Positions 8,608 through 17,290 of a stretch of 56,593 bases of DNA are shown one piece after another; position 1 is the stretch's first letter, and each line of letters starts with the position of its first letter. The position numbers were made by a program, and so were the translations under genes. Source of the DNA: an uncultured Candidatus Saccharibacteria bacterium (GTDB lineage: Bacteria > Patescibacteriota > Saccharimonadia > Saccharimonadales > Saccharimonadaceae); the NCBI GenBank assembly GCA_964383465.1, contig CAYLGT010000005.1:1-56593 (forward strand), written 5' to 3'. The notes under the pieces were generated by a model. That model was given only the letters and a program-made list of their open reading frames with translations. It was not told where the DNA came from and did no database searches.

Positions 8608-9322
8608 CGCATCAAAAAGTTATACAGTTATTGCCGAGTCGGCGTGGGTAGTACTGACTTTTGTGGTAGCGTCGGTGGTCGTGTTTGCGCTCGCAGACGC
8701 GACAGGCCTCAACGACTGGCTCGAAACGACCATGGGTCAGCTGTATGCAACCGTGGCCATCTATGTTGGTGGTGCTGTCGCAGCAATTGCACCGATTGTC
8801 GCCATCAGGGGGAGGGGGTATGTATTTCAAGTACTAGGCATCGACAAAAAACCACTCCTCAAGCTGTGGTGGCTGCCGTTTGCTCTCTGGCCACTCTATA
8901 TGCTGGCGACCTCTGTGGTCGCGGTACTGTCCCAGTATTTGCTTCCATGGGTTGACCAAAATCAGATGCAGGAAGTCGGGTTTCAGGACATCAATCAGCC
9001 CTGGGAATACGTCATGGCGTTTTTTGGCCTGGTTATACTGCCGCCACTTGCTGAAGAGTTGATGTTTCGCGGCTACCTGCTAGGAAGGCTGCGTGAAAAA
9101 TTGAAGCCCTGGACAGCAGCGATTTTTGTCAGCATCGTGTTTGGGCTCATCCACGGTCAGTGGAACGTCGGTATCGACGTCTTCGTGCTCAGCCTCTTTC
9201 TTTGTTACCTACGTGAACGCACGGGTTCCATATGGGCAGGTGTGGTGCTGCACGCACTCAAAAACGGCATAGCCTACTTCTTTTTGTTTATCGGGCCGCT
9301 CATAGGGATTAACTTGCTATAA
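8585..9322 (+). CDS. CPBP-family intramembrane glutamic endopeptidase (CAAX protease-like)
   Basis: AEELMFRGYLLGRL, FGLIHG and HALKNG motifs in a multi-TM protein. Confidence 0.85.
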   Translation: MSPSLRANASKSYTVIAESAWVVLTFVVASVVVFALADATGLNDWLETTMGQLYATVAIYVGGAVAAIAPIVAIRGRGYVFQVLGIDKKPLLKLWWLPFALWPLYMLATSVVAVLSQYLLPWVDQNQMQEVGFQDINQPWEYVMAFFGLVILPPLAEELMFRGYLLGRLREKLKPWTAAIFVSIVFGLIHGQWNVGIDVFVLSLFLCYLRERTGSIWAGVVLHALKNGIAYFFLFIGPLIGINLL

Positions 9323-9334
9323 TAAGCGGTAACT

Positions 9335-10579
9335 ATGCGAGTATCACACTTATTCACCAAAACGCTTCGTGACGCACCGGCGGACGAGGTCGCAAAAAAT
9401 GCCCAGCTGCTGATCCGTGCTGGCTATGTCTACAAAGAAATGGCAGGAGCGTACGCGTATCTGCCTCTTGGGATTCGTGTACTCGAGAAGATCAAGCAGA
9501 TTGTTCGTGAAGAAATGAACGCTCTTCACAGCAACGAGCTCATCATGACAAGTTTGCAGCGACGTGAGATATGGGAAAAGACCGGTCGCTGGGATGAAAA
9601 AGTAGTCGATGTCTGGTTCAAGACTCAGCTTCAGGATGGTACCGAGGTCGGCCTCGGCTGGAGCCATGAGGAACCGATTGTCGAGATGCTCAAGCAGTAT
9701 GTTCATAGCTACAAAGACTTGCCGGTGAGTCTCTACCAGTTCCAGACAAAGATGCGCAACGAGCTACGTGCTAAAAGTGGCATCATGCGTGGGCGGGAAT
9801 TTGTCATGAAAGACATGTACTCGTTCCATGCCACCAAAGAAGACCTCGACTCGTATTATGAAAAAACTATAGAAGCTTACAAGCGTGTCTATAACCGTCT
9901 GGGTATTGGAGATGACACGTATGTCACGTTTGCTAGCGGTGGCGCGTTTACCAAGTTCTCTCATGAGTTTCAGACCATCACTGATGCTGGCGAAGACGTC
10001 ATCTATCTTCATCGTGGCAAAAATATCGCCGTCAACGAAGAGGTGATCGATGATGCCGTGAAGGAACTTGGCATCGAGCGTTCTGAACTGGAGCAAGTTA
10101 AAACAGCAGAAGTTGGTAACATTTTCAACTTTGGGTCGCAAAAAACAGATGAAATGGGGCTCTTTTACACCGATAACGAGGGTAAACAACAGTCGCTTTA
10201 CACCGGTTCATACGGTATCGGCATCACTCGTGCGATGGGTGTTCTTGCTGAGAAAATGAGCGATGATCGCGGGCTAGTTTGGCCAGAGGAGGTTGCGCCG
10301 TACCGGGTTTACCTGGCGACAATCGGTGACGTCGCCGAGCAAGCTGACGCGCTATATGACACGTTGACGGCCAACGGCGTGGAAGTGCTCTATGACGATC
10401 GCGATGCTCGCCCCGGTGAGAAATTTGCAGACGCTGATTTGCTCGGGATTCCTCACCGTGTGGTGCTTAGTCCAAAGCTCGTAGAACAGGGGTCGTTTGA
10501 GTATAAATCTCGCACAAATGACAACGTTTCCATCTTGACGAAAGAGCAGCTCCTTGCTACACTCGGTGCAGCTGAATAA
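9335..10579 (+). CDS. proS: Prolyl-tRNA synthetase, bacterial-type core lacking the INS editing domain (414 aa)
   Basis: RAGYV, FQTKMRNELRAKSGIMRGREFVMKDMYSF and GSYGIGITR motifs. Only about 35 aa lie where the roughly 180-aa INS domain normally sits. Confidence 0.92.
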   Translation: MRVSHLFTKTLRDAPADEVAKNAQLLIRAGYVYKEMAGAYAYLPLGIRVLEKIKQIVREEMNALHSNELIMTSLQRREIWEKTGRWDEKVVDVWFKTQLQDGTEVGLGWSHEEPIVEMLKQYVHSYKDLPVSLYQFQTKMRNELRAKSGIMRGREFVMKDMYSFHATKEDLDSYYEKTIEAYKRVYNRLGIGDDTYVTFASGGAFTKFSHEFQTITDAGEDVIYLHRGKNIAVNEEVIDDAVKELGIERSELEQVKTAEVGNIFNFGSQKTDEMGLFYTDNEGKQQSLYTGSYGIGITRAMGVLAEKMSDDRGLVWPEEVAPYRVYLATIGDVAEQADALYDTLTANGVEVLYDDRDARPGEKFADADLLGIPHRVVLSPKLVEQGSFEYKSRTNDNVSILTKEQLLATLGAAE

Positions 10580-10665
10580 GCGAGGGTAGGACTAAGGATT
10601 TTATGAGAGTGCACACGATAAAGCGTGTGCATTTACTAACGGGTCCTACCAGTAAGGAAAAGATT

Positions 10666-11118
10666 ATGAAGAAACAATACCAACTGACCCCCGAAGGAAA
10701 AGCCGAGCTTGAAACAGAGCTCTCTGAATTGATTGCAAAACGAAGTGAAATCGCTGAGAAGATTGCCAACGCACGTGACTACGGTGACCTGAGCGAAAAC
10801 GCTGAGTACGACGCCGCACGTGAAGAGCAGGCGATGCTAGAGAGCCGTATCAACGAAGTTGAAGACATCCTGCAGAACGCTGACATCATCAAAGCTACCA
10901 AGAGTTCAACCGTCAAAGTTGGCTCAACCGTGCAGCTGAAAAACGGCAGCAAAGTAACCTACCGAATCGTCGGTCCAGTAGAGGCTGACCCTATGGAAGG
11001 CAAGATCTCAAACGAATCACCAATCGGCCAGGCACTTATGGGCAAAAAAGCCGGTGACAAAGTAACTATCACCACTCCAAAGGGTGAAACTACGTACACT
11101 GTCGAAGTTGTCAGTTAG
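10666..11118 (+). CDS. greA: Transcription elongation factor GreA
   Basis: LTPEGKAELETEL...ARDYGDLSENAEYDAAREEQ. SD AAGGAAA precedes ATG 10666. Confidence 0.93.
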   Translation: MKKQYQLTPEGKAELETELSELIAKRSEIAEKIANARDYGDLSENAEYDAAREEQAMLESRINEVEDILQNADIIKATKSSTVKVGSTVQLKNGSKVTYRIVGPVEADPMEGKISNESPIGQALMGKKAGDKVTITTPKGETTYTVEVVS

Positions 11119-11139
11119 TTTCGTGTCTACAAAAGGATG

Positions 11140-11171
11140 ACACCTCTCAGCAATAACGAGAGGTGTTTTCT
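11140..11171 (+). terminator. Intrinsic terminator after greA
   Basis: acacctctc-agcaataac-gagaggtgt followed by ttttc. Confidence 0.8.
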
Positions 11172-11184
11172 TGAGGTGATGTTA

Positions 11185-11244
11185 TTGACTTGGCAGTGTT
11201 TTTATGCTTAAATAACCCCATTCTTTTTCAGAATGTACCTTCGA
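11185..11244 (+). promoter_or_regulatory. Promoter TTGACT-17-TTAAAT (TGc extended) plus a conserved leader block; copy A of a duplicated promoter/5'UTR
   Basis: TTGACT 11185-90, TTAAAT 11208-13, leader block ATTCTTTTTCAGAATGTACCTTCGA 11220-44. Paralogous to 12707..12766. Confidence 0.7.
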
Positions 11245-11261
11245 TACATAGCGAGGGGGCT

Positions 11262-12653
11262 ATGAGCGAATCTCACCGAGCGAAAACGCTCGATATGCAG
11301 GGCCTGACCGACCCATGCCGTCCCGAACTCGTCGAGTTCGGGTTGCGTGGGACAGGGTTGGCGATCACGTCTCCAGCACTTCGCACGGCTGTCGATTCCT
11401 CGAGTGGCCTGACACTGTTTCCGCTCGACGATGTCTTCGTCGGACCAGTGGCGGCCATCGGCTTCGGCACTCCCAACACCTACCTGGTCGTTCCCGATGA
11501 AGTCGGCGGTCACTCCAAGCTGGCTGCGTTCATGTTTTGGCGCCAGCGGGCAGCGGTGGTACCGACGAAGGGCCGGGTCCAAGCGGGAGTGCTTTATGAG
11601 CTCCGGGATCTGCCCGATGGTGCGCTTGAAGCGCTTCGCAGTGCCATGAGTTCTCGAGTTGGTCAGCGATCGATCAGTTGCGCGCATCTGTGTGCTCAAA
11701 CGCTTGCCGATGCTGGGTTCGCGTTCGGCAACGGACGCAGTCTTCGTAGGATCGCTCGACCGTCCAAGTTCGCCAGCTTGCTGTGGCGTCGCGGCCTGAG
11801 TTACACCGACCAGTGGGGCAAGACCCACTCCGTGGGTGTGAGGGTGGTCCATGCAAGTCACACACCGTTTGGTGAACACTTCGTCAACGTTTGGTCTCGA
11901 GAGGCAAGTAGCGTTGGTCGAACCATTCGCAAGCTCTATACACGGCACGTGAAGCACGAACCAGCACCCGTGTTTGAGCCTCGACCGGCTCAGCCGCTCA
12001 ATCCTGAGCGTTGGACGGGGCGGGATGTCGTGGTCGGCATGGCCAGGTCGAGTCGCCTAGGTAGTCACCTGGGCTACCTGTTTGGGCAGAAGCCGCTCTA
12101 CACAGTCAAGCTACCCGGCCTTCGGGACGTGCCCGAGCTTCAGGCGCCGCTTCCGCCGTTTCCCGCCATTAACGACTGGGTGACGGCGCTCAAGCGGTAT
12201 GTTCTGTTCTCACGTCCGGTGATTGCGCTCATGAATCGCATGAGAGTTCGGTCGATGGACTGGTACGAAACCGGCCTGAAAGCTGACACGCTCATCGACA
12301 TGCTTCGACCGAGTTCTTCGGCAACTTACGACACAGCCGTCTTGTACAACTGTGTAGTGACTTCCGATGAAGTTCGGATCACTGGGCTGCACACTGATCT
12401 CGAGCGAAACAAGCGATCCAAGCTGATCCATCGGATCGACTGGGTGGCCGCCAAGCATGTGCTGCTCAGTAACTACTCGCCAGATGTGGTGTATGCCTGT
12501 GAGCTGTGGGCGTATCGTGACGAGCAGGGTAAGCCTGTGCTGTGTATCAACTCAAACTCGGGCACCTATCAGCCTGATGAAACCAGGATGGAGGCTATCG
12601 CCACGTTCCTTCGCCAGAACTTCCGGGTTCAGGTGCGGACGTTTCCCATCTAA
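11262..12653 (+). CDS. Hypothetical 463-aa protein (GC-rich, no recognised family)
   Basis: Long ORF with a GAGGGGG SD before ATG 11262 and a terminator at 12658. The minus-strand 249-aa overlap is a GC-rich shadow ORF. Confidence 0.7.
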   Translation: MSESHRAKTLDMQGLTDPCRPELVEFGLRGTGLAITSPALRTAVDSSSGLTLFPLDDVFVGPVAAIGFGTPNTYLVVPDEVGGHSKLAAFMFWRQRAAVVPTKGRVQAGVLYELRDLPDGALEALRSAMSSRVGQRSISCAHLCAQTLADAGFAFGNGRSLRRIARPSKFASLLWRRGLSYTDQWGKTHSVGVRVVHASHTPFGEHFVNVWSREASSVGRTIRKLYTRHVKHEPAPVFEPRPAQPLNPERWTGRDVVVGMARSSRLGSHLGYLFGQKPLYTVKLPGLRDVPELQAPLPPFPAINDWVTALKRYVLFSRPVIALMNRMRVRSMDWYETGLKADTLIDMLRPSSSATYDTAVLYNCVVTSDEVRITGLHTDLERNKRSKLIHRIDWVAAKHVLLSNYSPDVVYACELWAYRDEQGKPVLCINSNSGTYQPDETRMEAIATFLRQNFRVQVRTFPI

Positions 12654-12657
12654 TCAA

Positions 12658-12686
12658 CTCCCACGCCTCGGGGCGTGGGAGTCTTC
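12658..12686 (+). terminator. Stem-loop terminator after the 463-aa ORF
   Basis: ctcccacgcc-tcgg-ggcgtgggag followed by tcttc (weak T-tract). Confidence 0.6.
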
Positions 12687-12706
12687 ATGTCGATAGGAGG
12701 GAAGGA

Positions 12707-12766
12707 TTGACTACATCTTATTTTCATGCTTAAATATGTTCTATTCTTTTTAGGACGTACTTTCGA
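12707..12766 (+). promoter_or_regulatory. Promoter TTGACT-17-TTAAAT plus a conserved leader block; copy B
   Basis: TTGACT 12707-12, TTAAAT 12730-35, leader block ATTCTTTTTAGGACGTACTTTCGA 12743-66. Confidence 0.7.
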
Positions 12767-12779
12767 GCTAGGAGATGCT

Positions 12780-13415
12780 ATGAAACCTCGCGGTCTTCAG
12801 CCGCATGCGTGGCTGCTTACACGAGTTCTGCGACAGTTTCTGCGCAAACTCGTCAGCTGGAAGCTGTTTCATGTCCGTGTCATCGGCAAAGATCATATCC
12901 CCCCGCACGGCGCTGCAATCATCGCCTGTAACCACCTGTCGTTCGCCGATCCGGTGGTGGCATGGGGTGCGGTTCCGCGAAACCTGGTGGCCGTGGCCAT
13001 GAAGGAGTTGTGGCGGACACCGCTGGTGTTTCTGCTGTGGCTGCTCGGTCACATTCCGGTCGATCGCAAGAGTAGGGATTCCGGAGCGCGCGTGCGACGA
13101 GCTATGAAGCGGGTGATCGACTGGGGCGGACTGGTGCTGATCTTTCCTGAGGGCAAGTGCTCACGGGACGGAACACTCCAGGCTTTCAAGTCAGGGGCGG
13201 CCGATGTCGCCTTTGAAACCGGAACCCCGCTGATCCCGGCTGCTGTTGTGGGAACTGAACGGCTGTGGCCGCTTGGCACGCACGCTATCGATCGACGCCA
13301 GGAGGTTGTCATAGTCTTTGGCGCGCCGCTCTACCCTGAGGAGTTTGCTTCGGCCGAAGACCTGAACTATGCACTTCGTGCGACCGTAGTGGTTCTGCAA
13401 GCAGTGGCCAGCTAG
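12780..13415 (+). CDS. plsC: 1-acyl-sn-glycerol-3-phosphate acyltransferase-like (LPLAT family)
   Basis: HX4D motif NHLSFAD, FPEGKCSRDG and a downstream PLIPAAV block. SD AGGAG precedes ATG 12780. Confidence 0.85.
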   Translation: MKPRGLQPHAWLLTRVLRQFLRKLVSWKLFHVRVIGKDHIPPHGAAIIACNHLSFADPVVAWGAVPRNLVAVAMKELWRTPLVFLLWLLGHIPVDRKSRDSGARVRRAMKRVIDWGGLVLIFPEGKCSRDGTLQAFKSGAADVAFETGTPLIPAAVVGTERLWPLGTHAIDRRQEVVIVFGAPLYPEEFASAEDLNYALRATVVVLQAVAS

Positions 13416-13429
13416 CAGAGCTAGCGTTA

Positions 13430-13460
13430 CACCCCCGACTTTGTCGGGGGTGCTCCATTT
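13430..13460 (+). terminator. Intrinsic terminator after the acyltransferase
   Basis: cacccccgac-ttt-gtcgggggtg followed by ctccattttt. Confidence 0.75.
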
Positions 13461-13497
13461 TTCATAACAGATATAAATTGTTATACTGTACGACAGC

Positions 13498-15006
13498 ATG
13501 GCAACACTGAAAGAACTACGTGACGAGCGCCTCCGTAAACTCGAGGAGCTGAAAAAACTGGGCGTTAACCCGTATCCGGCCGATTCGGCGCGTACTCACG
13601 AGCTCTCTGCAATCGTAAAAGACTTCGACAACCTCCAAGGCCAAACAGTGACAGTCGTGGGTCGTGTCACAGGTATCCGTAAGTTCGGCCAGCTGGCGTT
13701 TATCGTGCTGCGCGACATGAGCGGCAGTCTGCAACTGTTTTTGAAGTCCGACACCGTTGCTGGACTGGACGCAGCGACGTCACGGGTCGGTATGGAACAA
13801 TTGCCACTTCTTGATACCGGTGATTTCCTGCAAGCAACAGGCCCAGTTATCAAAACTAAAACCGGTGAGATTTCTGTCGATGTACGTGAGCTGCGGCTGC
13901 TCACAAAGAGCCTGCGTCCTATGCCAACCACCCAGGACGGCTTCACGAACAAAGAAGAGCGCATGCGTCGTCGTTATGTCGACATGAACGTCAACCTCGA
14001 TGTCCGGGATCGTTTCATTCGCCGTAGCAAATTCTGGGCCGCTACCCGTACGTTTCTCGATGAGCGCGGGTTCTATGAGATCAACGTGCCAGTGCTTGAG
14101 CATACAACCGGGGGAGCCGATGCGAATCCGTTTGTGACTCATATGGATGCACTCGACAACGATTTCTACCTGCGTATCTCCCATGAGCTTCCACTGAAGC
14201 GTCTGCTCGGGGCGGGCTTTGAGAAAGTCTATGACATCGGGCCGCGTTTTAGAAATGAAAACTATTCTGACGAACATCTCCCCGAGCATGTGGCTATGGA
14301 GTGGTACTGGGCGTATGCTGACTGGCGTGATGGCATGAAGTTCATGACCGAGATGTACCGCTTTGTGCTGAAAGAGACATTTGGAACGCTCCAGTTCAAA
14401 CTCGGCAACTTTGACGTCGATCTCGAAAAAGACTGGGAAGAGTGGGACTACGCAGAAGTTATCAAAACTCGCTACGGTATCGATCCGTTTGACTGTACGA
14501 TAGAGGAAGTCAAAAAAGCTCTCAAAGACAACAAACTTGAAGTTGAAAAGACCGAAAACCTGGCTCGTGGTATCGACAAACTTTGGAAAAACATCCGAAA
14601 AGACGTCGCCGGACCGGTATGGCTCATCAACACGCCAAAATTTATCTCACCACTTTCAAAAAGTGGCCCAGGCGAAGAGCATACTGTGCAGCGTTTCCAG
14701 CCAGTGATCGCCGGTAGTGAACTAGGTAACGGCTTTTCTGAGTTAAACGATCCTCTCGATCAACTTGGCCGCTTTGTTGAGCAGCAGCAGATGCGTGATG
14801 CTGGCGATGAAGAAGCTATGATGCTCGACATCGACTACGTCGAGATGCTGGAGTACGGAATGCCACCGGCTTGTGGGTGGGGTTTTAGTGAGCGCGTCTT
14901 TTGGATCTTTGAAGGGGTCACTGCTCGCGAGGGTGTGCCATTCCCTCAGCTCCGTCACGAAGTCGATGAGGTAACCAAAGCCATCTATCCTGACCTGGCT
15001 CTCTAG
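13498..15006 (+). CDS. lysS: Lysyl-tRNA synthetase (class II)
   Basis: OB-fold N-terminus plus FYLRISHELPLKRLL and GPRFRNE motifs. TATACT 13482-87 lies 10 nt upstream. Confidence 0.95.
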   Translation: MATLKELRDERLRKLEELKKLGVNPYPADSARTHELSAIVKDFDNLQGQTVTVVGRVTGIRKFGQLAFIVLRDMSGSLQLFLKSDTVAGLDAATSRVGMEQLPLLDTGDFLQATGPVIKTKTGEISVDVRELRLLTKSLRPMPTTQDGFTNKEERMRRRYVDMNVNLDVRDRFIRRSKFWAATRTFLDERGFYEINVPVLEHTTGGADANPFVTHMDALDNDFYLRISHELPLKRLLGAGFEKVYDIGPRFRNENYSDEHLPEHVAMEWYWAYADWRDGMKFMTEMYRFVLKETFGTLQFKLGNFDVDLEKDWEEWDYAEVIKTRYGIDPFDCTIEEVKKALKDNKLEVEKTENLARGIDKLWKNIRKDVAGPVWLINTPKFISPLSKSGPGEEHTVQRFQPVIAGSELGNGFSELNDPLDQLGRFVEQQQMRDAGDEEAMMLDIDYVEMLEYGMPPACGWGFSERVFWIFEGVTAREGVPFPQLRHEVDEVTKAIYPDLAL

Positions 15007-15045
15007 GCGTATACTAGAGTTAGAACCTAACACCAGGAGGTACCT

Positions 15046-15207
15046 ATGGGTCAAGCATTTGAATTTGACGGACAACGATTTGACAGTGAAGGGGAGTTCC
15101 TGGACGCTTTGGCGCACGAGTACACTCATGGTGATCGTGAGCTCGTCGTAGAAACACTCGAAAACTACGGATATACACTGAGCGATATCAACGTTCGCCC
15201 TAACTAA
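15046..15207 (+). CDS. Small acidic 53-aa protein, below the ORF-track cutoff
   Basis: TATACTAGA at 15010, a strong AGGAGG SD at 15035-40, then ATG 15046: MGQAFEFDGQRFDSEGEFLDALAHEYTHGDRELVVETLENYGYTLSDINVRPN. Confidence 0.45.
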   Translation: MGQAFEFDGQRFDSEGEFLDALAHEYTHGDRELVVETLENYGYTLSDINVRPN

Positions 15208-17186
15208 GCCGTAGCCGGGCGCACAACAGCTTTGTCGTTGCGAGCAGTAACGGTAAATGTCGAACCTTTTTCTGGTTCGGAACTTGCTTCGATGCTCCCA
15301 CCGATGTAGTCCATGATGATTTTGTCGAGGAACAGGCTAAAGCCAAGTCCTTCATAGTTAAACTCGAGCGCAGAGTCGGCGCGTGAAAATGGTTTGAAGA
15401 GCTGGGGTAGTTTTTCGGCAGGGATACCGACACCGTAGTCTGACACTTTCAGTGACAGCTTGTGTTCGAGCGAATTAGTGTTGATCTGAATGGTGCCGCC
15501 AGTATGGCTAAATTTGACCGCGTTGTCGATGAGTGAGCCAAGCACGAATTCGAACAGCACGCGTCGCTGCGTGATCGTGGTGTCGCGAGCATTGTTAACG
15601 ATGGTGAGCTGCTGCTGTTCGAGCAGAGGACGTGCTTTAGCGATGGCCGCGTCAACAGCTTCTCGAAGACTAAATGACTCGCTAGTAATCTCAGACCCCG
15701 ATCGAATTTGGCTCAGCAATGCAAACTTTTGGAGGATGGCCGCAAAGCGTTCGTAGCCATCGTTAAAGAAGTGGGCAGAGGGAGAGCTAGCGATAGCACC
15801 GCGCCCGGCGTTGATAGCGGTGAGCCCCTCGGATAGCGCTGCTGTAGAACGCTCGATAAATTCGTTACGAGCGGCGTCGATAGTTCGCTCATGTTCGAGT
15901 AATTGTTCATGATGTGCACGATCATGTTTGCGTAGATAGTGGCTTCGTACCGAAGAGTAAAAGAAGAAAACGACCGCGAAAAATATCAAAATCTGCATCC
16001 ATAGGTTTGCGGTTCCGATCGAGACATTTCCAACGATAGCGAGGAAGAAGTTCGCGAGTCCCGTGAGTACAAACGCACCGATGATTGGAATCCAGAAGAA
16101 GCCAGATCGCAGGAAGCTCGGAGGATTGGAGGCTTCCGGCGGTGCAGCGATACCTTGGAGTGCCGCATTTGAGTCGATGTCACCCAGGATGAGTTTGATT
16201 TTTTCGTCGAGTGCCAAAATTGGGGTTTTGAGTGGTAACACTTGTTCCGGCGTTACTTCTTTTATGGCAACGAGTGTGTCGAGGCCAGTTGTCATGACCG
16301 TGAGAGGGGTGCGGAGGTAGTGAGAGGCAAGTGCAACGAAGTTGTCTTTTTCTTCGGCGAGTTCACGTTCACGTTTGAGTACCAAAAACAGTCTGCGTGC
16401 TGCAGCGACTTCACGTACCGACTGCCAGGAAAGCACCGCGGCTCCCATGCCAAGTACGCTAAAGATGTAGTAAGGAAACGTCTGTGCGACAACAGGGGGC
16501 AGTGTTCGCAGTGCTGTCCTGACCGATTCCGGCACAGCCATCACTAGGGGTTTTACGGCGTCATTCAGAAACGTTGGTACATTTATATAGCGAGGTGTTG
16601 ATTCACCGCCAGGCGTCGGGCGCGCTTCGGTGGGGGCGACATAGGGATCGGGCGTCGTGTCGGTGGGTTTGGTGGGTGTGATGACGATTGGAGTGCTACA
16701 AACGCCAGCCTCGTCTCGCTCCATGCCGACTGGAACAACGGTTTGGATACCCGGGATGTTTTCGCAGACATCGATAGGTATAAGGACGCAGTCTCCATTT
16801 TCGTCGTTCGTATAGGTGAGTGGGACGAGAGTTTGTATGCCAGGGAGGTTCGGACAGACATCGACAGGCGGAGCAGGCTGTATGAAACAGTTACCGTTAC
16901 TGTCTCGGAAATAGCCCGAAGGGATAGTCGCTTGGGCACCGGCTATGTTGTCACAAACATCCACGACAGGCGGTGGCGGCGTGAAGCAGTTACCGCTGCC
17001 ATCAGTTGACATGCCGAGCGGCACTGACATCTGGTAGCCGGGGATGTTGAGACAGGCGTCAGGCGGGCCGACGGTGACTTGTATCTGAGAAGAAGCTTGG
17101 ACAAATGACCCAACCATCCAGGCGCTGAGCACGGCAATGCTCAGAAAGATAGCTGCTGCCAGATGTTTGTGAGCCGATGAGGCCAT
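15204..17186 (-). CDS. Membrane sensor histidine kinase with a four-fold Cys-repeat ectodomain
   Basis: Signal/TM, four CxN(I/L)PGxQ...C repeats, TM helices, H-box LASHYLRTPLT and HATPase motifs (DNAVKF, DYGVGIP, GLGFSL). Confidence 0.85.
   Translation of the reverse strand: MASSAHKHLAAAIFLSIAVLSAWMVGSFVQASSQIQVTVGPPDACLNIPGYQMSVPLGMSTDGSGNCFTPPPPVVDVCDNIAGAQATIPSGYFRDSNGNCFIQPAPPVDVCPNLPGIQTLVPLTYTNDENGDCVLIPIDVCENIPGIQTVVPVGMERDEAGVCSTPIVITPTKPTDTTPDPYVAPTEARPTPGGESTPRYINVPTFLNDAVKPLVMAVPESVRTALRTLPPVVAQTFPYYIFSVLGMGAAVLSWQSVREVAAARRLFLVLKRERELAEEKDNFVALASHYLRTPLTVMTTGLDTLVAIKEVTPEQVLPLKTPILALDEKIKLILGDIDSNAALQGIAAPPEASNPPSFLRSGFFWIPIIGAFVLTGLANFFLAIVGNVSIGTANLWMQILIFFAVVFFFYSSVRSHYLRKHDRAHHEQLLEHERTIDAARNEFIERSTAALSEGLTAINAGRGAIASSPSAHFFNDGYERFAAILQKFALLSQIRSGSEITSESFSLREAVDAAIAKARPLLEQQQLTIVNNARDTTITQRRVLFEFVLGSLIDNAVKFSHTGGTIQINTNSLEHKLSLKVSDYGVGIPAEKLPQLFKPFSRADSALEFNYEGLGFSLFLDKIIMDYIGGSIEASSEPEKGSTFTVTARNDKAVVRPATA
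16692..17060 (-). repeat. Four tandem repeats of about 30 aa, DVCxN(I/L)PGxQxxVPxG...(D/N)GxC, encoded in the kinase ectodomain
   Basis: Repeats span aa 43-165 with paired cysteines at 45/67, 78/100, 111/133 and 141/163. Confidence 0.8.
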
Positions 17187-17290
17187 GTTTGTTTTCTCTG
17201 TTTAGTCTCTTTGAGATAATTGTAGAAGCATAAGTAGTTCTTTGCAAGGGTAGCGTATACTGTAAGGTAGCTAACGATGAGGGGAAAGAT

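Noticed and set aside
11208-11957. A 249-aa minus-strand ORF and other overlapping ORFs within 11190..12696.
   Set aside because: These are typical stop-poor shadow frames in GC-rich DNA. The plus-strand frame has an SD, spans the whole interval and ends at a terminator.
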